Positions 61,401 to 64,000 of a DNA stretch of 64,000 nucleotides are shown in pieces (the first letter of the stretch is position 1; the number at the start of each line of letters is the position of its first letter). The notes under the pieces were generated by a model. The model was given only the letters and a program-made list of their open reading frames with translations, ran no database searches and was not told the origin of the DNA. A program made the translations under genes and the position numbers. Source of the stretch: Thermodesulfobacteriota bacterium (GTDB taxonomy: Bacteria > Desulfobacterota > Desulfarculia > JACQYL01); assembly GCA_963675595.2 (NCBI GenBank), contig CAXXLZ010000002.1, positions 1,088,001 to 1,152,000 of the forward strand. The letters are read 5' to 3'.

Positions 61401-61454
61401 CGCGCCCACGACCAATACCGAGCCGATCCTTCCGTTATTGCTTTCATTCGCCAT
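58431..61454 (-). CDS. hdrA: Heterodisulfide reductase subunit A-like flavoprotein
   Basis: GAGVAG FAD site, LDKTFPTNDC, ferredoxin motifs, QCVGSR twice, AHAKLRPVDF. Confidence 0.95.
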   Translation of the reverse strand: MANESNNGRIGSVLVVGAGVAGMQASLDLANSGYRVYLAESSPSIGGVMSQLDKTFPTNDCAMCIISPKLVEVGRHLNIDVLTNTEVKSLEGDVGNFKAVLESRPRYIDPVKCTACGDCKKACPVSAVNFFNRGLDRREASYIKYPQAVPLAYSIDKDACIGCGLCEKVCLARAVEYEQTRVEREVEVGAVLLTLGNEVFDPSRFETYKYTRLPNVVTSLEFERILSASGPYKGHLMRPYDRDEPKKIAWLQCVGSRDMNRCDHSYCSAVCCMYAIKEAVIAKEHAHGDLDTAIFYMDMRTYGKEFEQYYNRARNEHGVRFIRCRVHSIDPTGEAELAISYVDENGEPRREEFDMVVLSTGFEVSKGATELADRLGIELNTHHFAKTLPSSPVSTSRPGIYVCGTFQGPKDIPQSVMEASAGAAACSAVLGDVRWTRTEVKVTPPERKEVMEGPPRVGVFVCNCGINIGGIVNVPEVREYARSLPNVVHVEDNLYTCSQDTQVKMAKVIRENDINRVVVAACTPLTHEPLFRETLIDAGLNKYLFDMANIRNQDSWVHMKESRRATEKAKDLVRMAVARAGLLNPLVEKPLEINQRALVVGGGIAGLNAALNLAQQGFEAVVIEKEKALGGMARRLYHTIDGLDVNRYLDELIERVRSHEKIQVLIEALIVGFSGYKGNFTTEVLVGPGMYERKINHGAAIVATGAFEYKPKEFLYGEHEGVMTQLELGDRMHEEPGTTSNWKRVVMIQCVGSRNEENPNCSRICCQGAVKHALQLKEMNPETEVVILYRDMRTYGLLEDYYREARKKGVLFSRFSLDKEPVVENADGELSVTFIDHVLNRPIKMAVDAVVLSAATLASDTEELATLLKVPRNAYGFFIEAHAKLRPVDFSSEGVFLCGTAHSPKLISETIAQALAASARAGAFLADTHQTISGVVAKVDTSRCAACLVCVRSCPFGVPKINEDNVSEINEALCQGCGVCASECPAKVIQLAHYEDGQIRAGISAFS

Positions 61455-61536
61455 GGAGTGTCCTCTCCGAAGGCCCGCCGCCGTTCCCTTCCCGCCGAAA
61501 GAAGCCGGAGGCCGAGCCGATTGAGTCCAAAGTGAG

Positions 61537-62292
61537 TTAGGCGGTCAGCATGAATCTGGGACTGTGCCCGTCGTAGCTTTTAAGGTCCGCCAGCCCGGTT
61601 CTTTCCAGATCGTTCAGCCGAAGCGACACGCAATAGATCGGCAATCCCGTTTCGGCGGACATTTCACGAACCGTTTTCGGGCCCTTGGCCAGAACCTCGT
61701 AAATGAGGGCCCTCTGGTACTCCTCCTCCGCACAGGCCTTGAAAAACTCCGCGTATCGGGATGGATCGATCCGCTCATGATAAACGTTATCGCGCTCGGT
61801 GACGTGTCGACCCGTTCCCGTGAGCCACCGCAGTTTGGGAGCGGTCAATGCGCGTTCCAGCGCGGGCAGTGCCACGGGGTACGCATCCGGATCAAAGGGT
61901 CCCAGGTCCCGGATCACTCCGGTCAGTTCGGTGATGAAATCGGCGAAAATTTGACCTTCGGCGGCACTGACCCATCGGAGTTGCACCCGGTCTTTTCCGA
62001 TGCCCGAAAAATCCAGTAGGTGGGTAACGAGGCTAATCCTGCGCTGCGCATATACATTACCTTCCAGGTAATGGCAGTCCCCGATGTGTCACCCGAAGAC
62101 GAAAACCCCGTCGAATCCGCTTTTCAATCCTTCCATAATGTGGAGCGGGTCAACCCGCCCGGAACACATGGTGCGGATCACCCGGATGCTTGGTGGATAC
62201 TGAAACCGGGAAACGCCGGCCAGGTCCGCGCCCGCATAAGCGCACCAGTTGCACAAAAAAGCCAGAATCTTAGGTTCGAAGAGCTCGCTCAT
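61537..62292 (-). CDS. mvhD: Extended MvhD with in-frame UGA at codon 68 and C-terminal helix-turn-helix-like region
   Basis: FLCNWCAYAGAD...CSGRVD...VFG-UGA-HIGDCHYLEGN reads through in frame into ORF 61537-61986. Confidence 0.88.
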
Positions 62293-62303
62293 GATATCTC
62301 CCT

Positions 62304-64000
62304 TTAAGCCTCCTGCACGGCATTGCGGCCGCCGCCGGCATGAATGGCGGCGGAGATCTGACTGTCACGGAAGCCGATCATGTCTATGGCCCTTTGAGGA
62401 CAGGCCGCGGAACAGATTCCACATCCCTTGCACGAGGCGGAGATGTTCTCCGCCCGAAAACCCTTGCCCTGCACCGCGATCAGGTGAATGGCGCTGAACG
62501 GGCAGGAAGCCTCGCACAGCCCGCACCCGATACACAGCTCCTGGTTCACGGAAGACACCAGGGGATCCACCTCGATCTCCCCACGGCTCAACACTTCCGC
62601 CGCACGGGAAGCCGCTGCTTGGGCCTGCGCGATGGACTCCTCAACGGGCTTGGGATAATGGGCCAGACCGGCCACGAATACACCGTCCGTGGCAAAATCC
62701 ACGGGACGGAGTTTCATATGGGCTTCCAGAAAGAAGCCGTCCCCATTCAGCGGCACTTTGAACATCTGAGCCAGACCCTGCACGTCTCTGGGGACAATGG
62801 CGGAAGCCAAATTCAGGAAATCCACCGGCAGGGTGACTTCCCTTCCCAACACATGGTCCTTCACCGTAATTTCGAGCTTGGGTTTCCCCTGTCCGCTCGC
62901 AACCTTCACCTTGGGTTTGTTTTCCAGGTCGAACCGCAGGAACAAGACTCCCAGCTCCCTGGCCTTGCGATACAGCTCCTCCCGTTCTCCAAAGGTGCGC
63001 AAGTCCCGATACAGCACAAACACCCTCAAATCGGGCTTGCGCGTTTTGAGATCGATGGCTTGTTGCACCGAAGCGGTACAGCAAATCTTTGAACAATAGG
63101 GCCGTTGGGGCTCCCTGGACCCGACACATTGAATAAAGGCAACGGCTTCGGCCTCGTTCAACAGGGCCGGATCGGCGGCGAGTCGCTCTTCCAGCTCATG
63201 TCCTCGGGTCACCAGATCGCTTTGCCCGTAAAGGTATTCATCCGGCACGAAGGACTCGGCGCCGGTGGCCAGCACGGCCACGCCGTGTTCGATTTCCCGG
63301 TCTTGGCCTCCGCTCTCGAGCACCGTCTTGAAGTTCCCAACAAACCCGGCGACATGGCTTATTCGGGTTCCGGTGAACACTTCGATCTTGTCATGCCCGT
63401 GAATCTTGGCCTTCAGGTCCTCCATGTAGCTTTGCACATCCTCGCCTTTCCAGGTCTTCTTGAGCTTGAGGGCATGCCCCCCCAGCTCGCTTCCCTGTTC
63501 CACGAGGTAGGTATGAATGCCTTGGGTGGCCAGATTCAGTGCCGTGTTCATGCCCGCAACGCCGCCTCCCACCACCAGAGCGTTTTGACTCAATCCCACG
63601 GTCATCCGGCCCACCGGCTCTAGAAGCGCCGCCTTGGCAACGGCCATGCGCACCAAGTCTTTGGCCTTTTCCGTGGCCTTTTCCGGCTCGTTTTGGTGAA
63701 CCCAGGAATCCTGATCCCGGATGTTGGCCAATTCGAATAGATGGGGATTGAGGCCCGCCTCCTTCAGAGTTTCCTGAAAGAGCGGCTCATGGGTCCTCGG
63801 CGTGCATGCGGCCACCACCACCCGATTGAGCTTATGCTCATGAATCGCTTCACGGATCAGGGCTTGGGTGTCTTGGCTGCACGTGAACATGGTGTTGGAA
63901 GCGTAGGCCACGTGAGCGAGGTTCTTGGCGTAATCACGAACTTCCTCGGGGTTGATCACGCTGGCGATGTTGATCCCGCAGTGGCATACGAATACACCGA
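62304..64000 (-). CDS. hdrA: HdrA-like flavoprotein, 3' part (5' end beyond the window)
   Basis: VFVCHCGINI, AACTPRTH, GGGVAG, QCVGSR, CIGCGLC and CKGCGIC. Confidence 0.93.
   Translation of the reverse strand, partial: GVFVCHCGINIASVINPEEVRDYAKNLAHVAYASNTMFTCSQDTQALIREAIHEHKLNRVVVAACTPRTHEPLFQETLKEAGLNPHLFELANIRDQDSWVHQNEPEKATEKAKDLVRMAVAKAALLEPVGRMTVGLSQNALVVGGGVAGMNTALNLATQGIHTYLVEQGSELGGHALKLKKTWKGEDVQSYMEDLKAKIHGHDKIEVFTGTRISHVAGFVGNFKTVLESGGQDREIEHGVAVLATGAESFVPDEYLYGQSDLVTRGHELEERLAADPALLNEAEAVAFIQCVGSREPQRPYCSKICCTASVQQAIDLKTRKPDLRVFVLYRDLRTFGEREELYRKARELGVLFLRFDLENKPKVKVASGQGKPKLEITVKDHVLGREVTLPVDFLNLASAIVPRDVQGLAQMFKVPLNGDGFFLEAHMKLRPVDFATDGVFVAGLAHYPKPVEESIAQAQAAASRAAEVLSRGEIEVDPLVSSVNQELCIGCGLCEASCPFSAIHLIAVQGKGFRAENISASCKGCGICSAACPQRAIDMIGFRDSQISAAIHAGGGRNAVQEA

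Noticed and set aside
48474-62091. Treating the three UGA-split genes as pseudogenes, or invoking a genome-wide alternative code
   Set aside because: Each UGA sits at a conserved Cys position followed by a hairpin, while many other genes here use TGA as a normal stop

Overview
GC-rich window, most consistent with a Desulfobacterota (Syntrophobacterales/Desulfobacterales-like) chromosome. Bases 546-25659 are one co-oriented (minus-strand) siphovirus-type morphogenesis and lysis cluster: terS, terL, portal, minor head, scaffold, P22-like capsid, connectors, tail tube, chaperone with an intact -1 frameshift, tape measure, lipoprotein glycoside hydrolase, distal tail, fibres, hub, M15 endolysin and 3TM holin. 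No integrase, repressor or replication gene is visible on either side, and 13 of its intergenic gaps hold palindromic REP/MITE-like repeats while the ORFs stay intact. This is the best candidate for an undescribed system: a domesticated, gene-transfer-agent-like particle locus (inference; a defective prophage is not excluded). Bases 25926-64000 are host genes: two-component and c-di-GMP signalling, a Tmc/Hmc-type redox pair, an SDR, an IS1380 relic, methylmalonyl-CoA mutase mutA/mutB/meaB, a one-cysteine DksA and an hdrA-mvhD-hdrA-mvhD-metV-metF cluster. Three genes split in the ORF track are single UGA-recoded (probably selenocysteine) genes with downstream SECIS-like hairpins. Family assignments are from motif recognition by eye; no database search was run.
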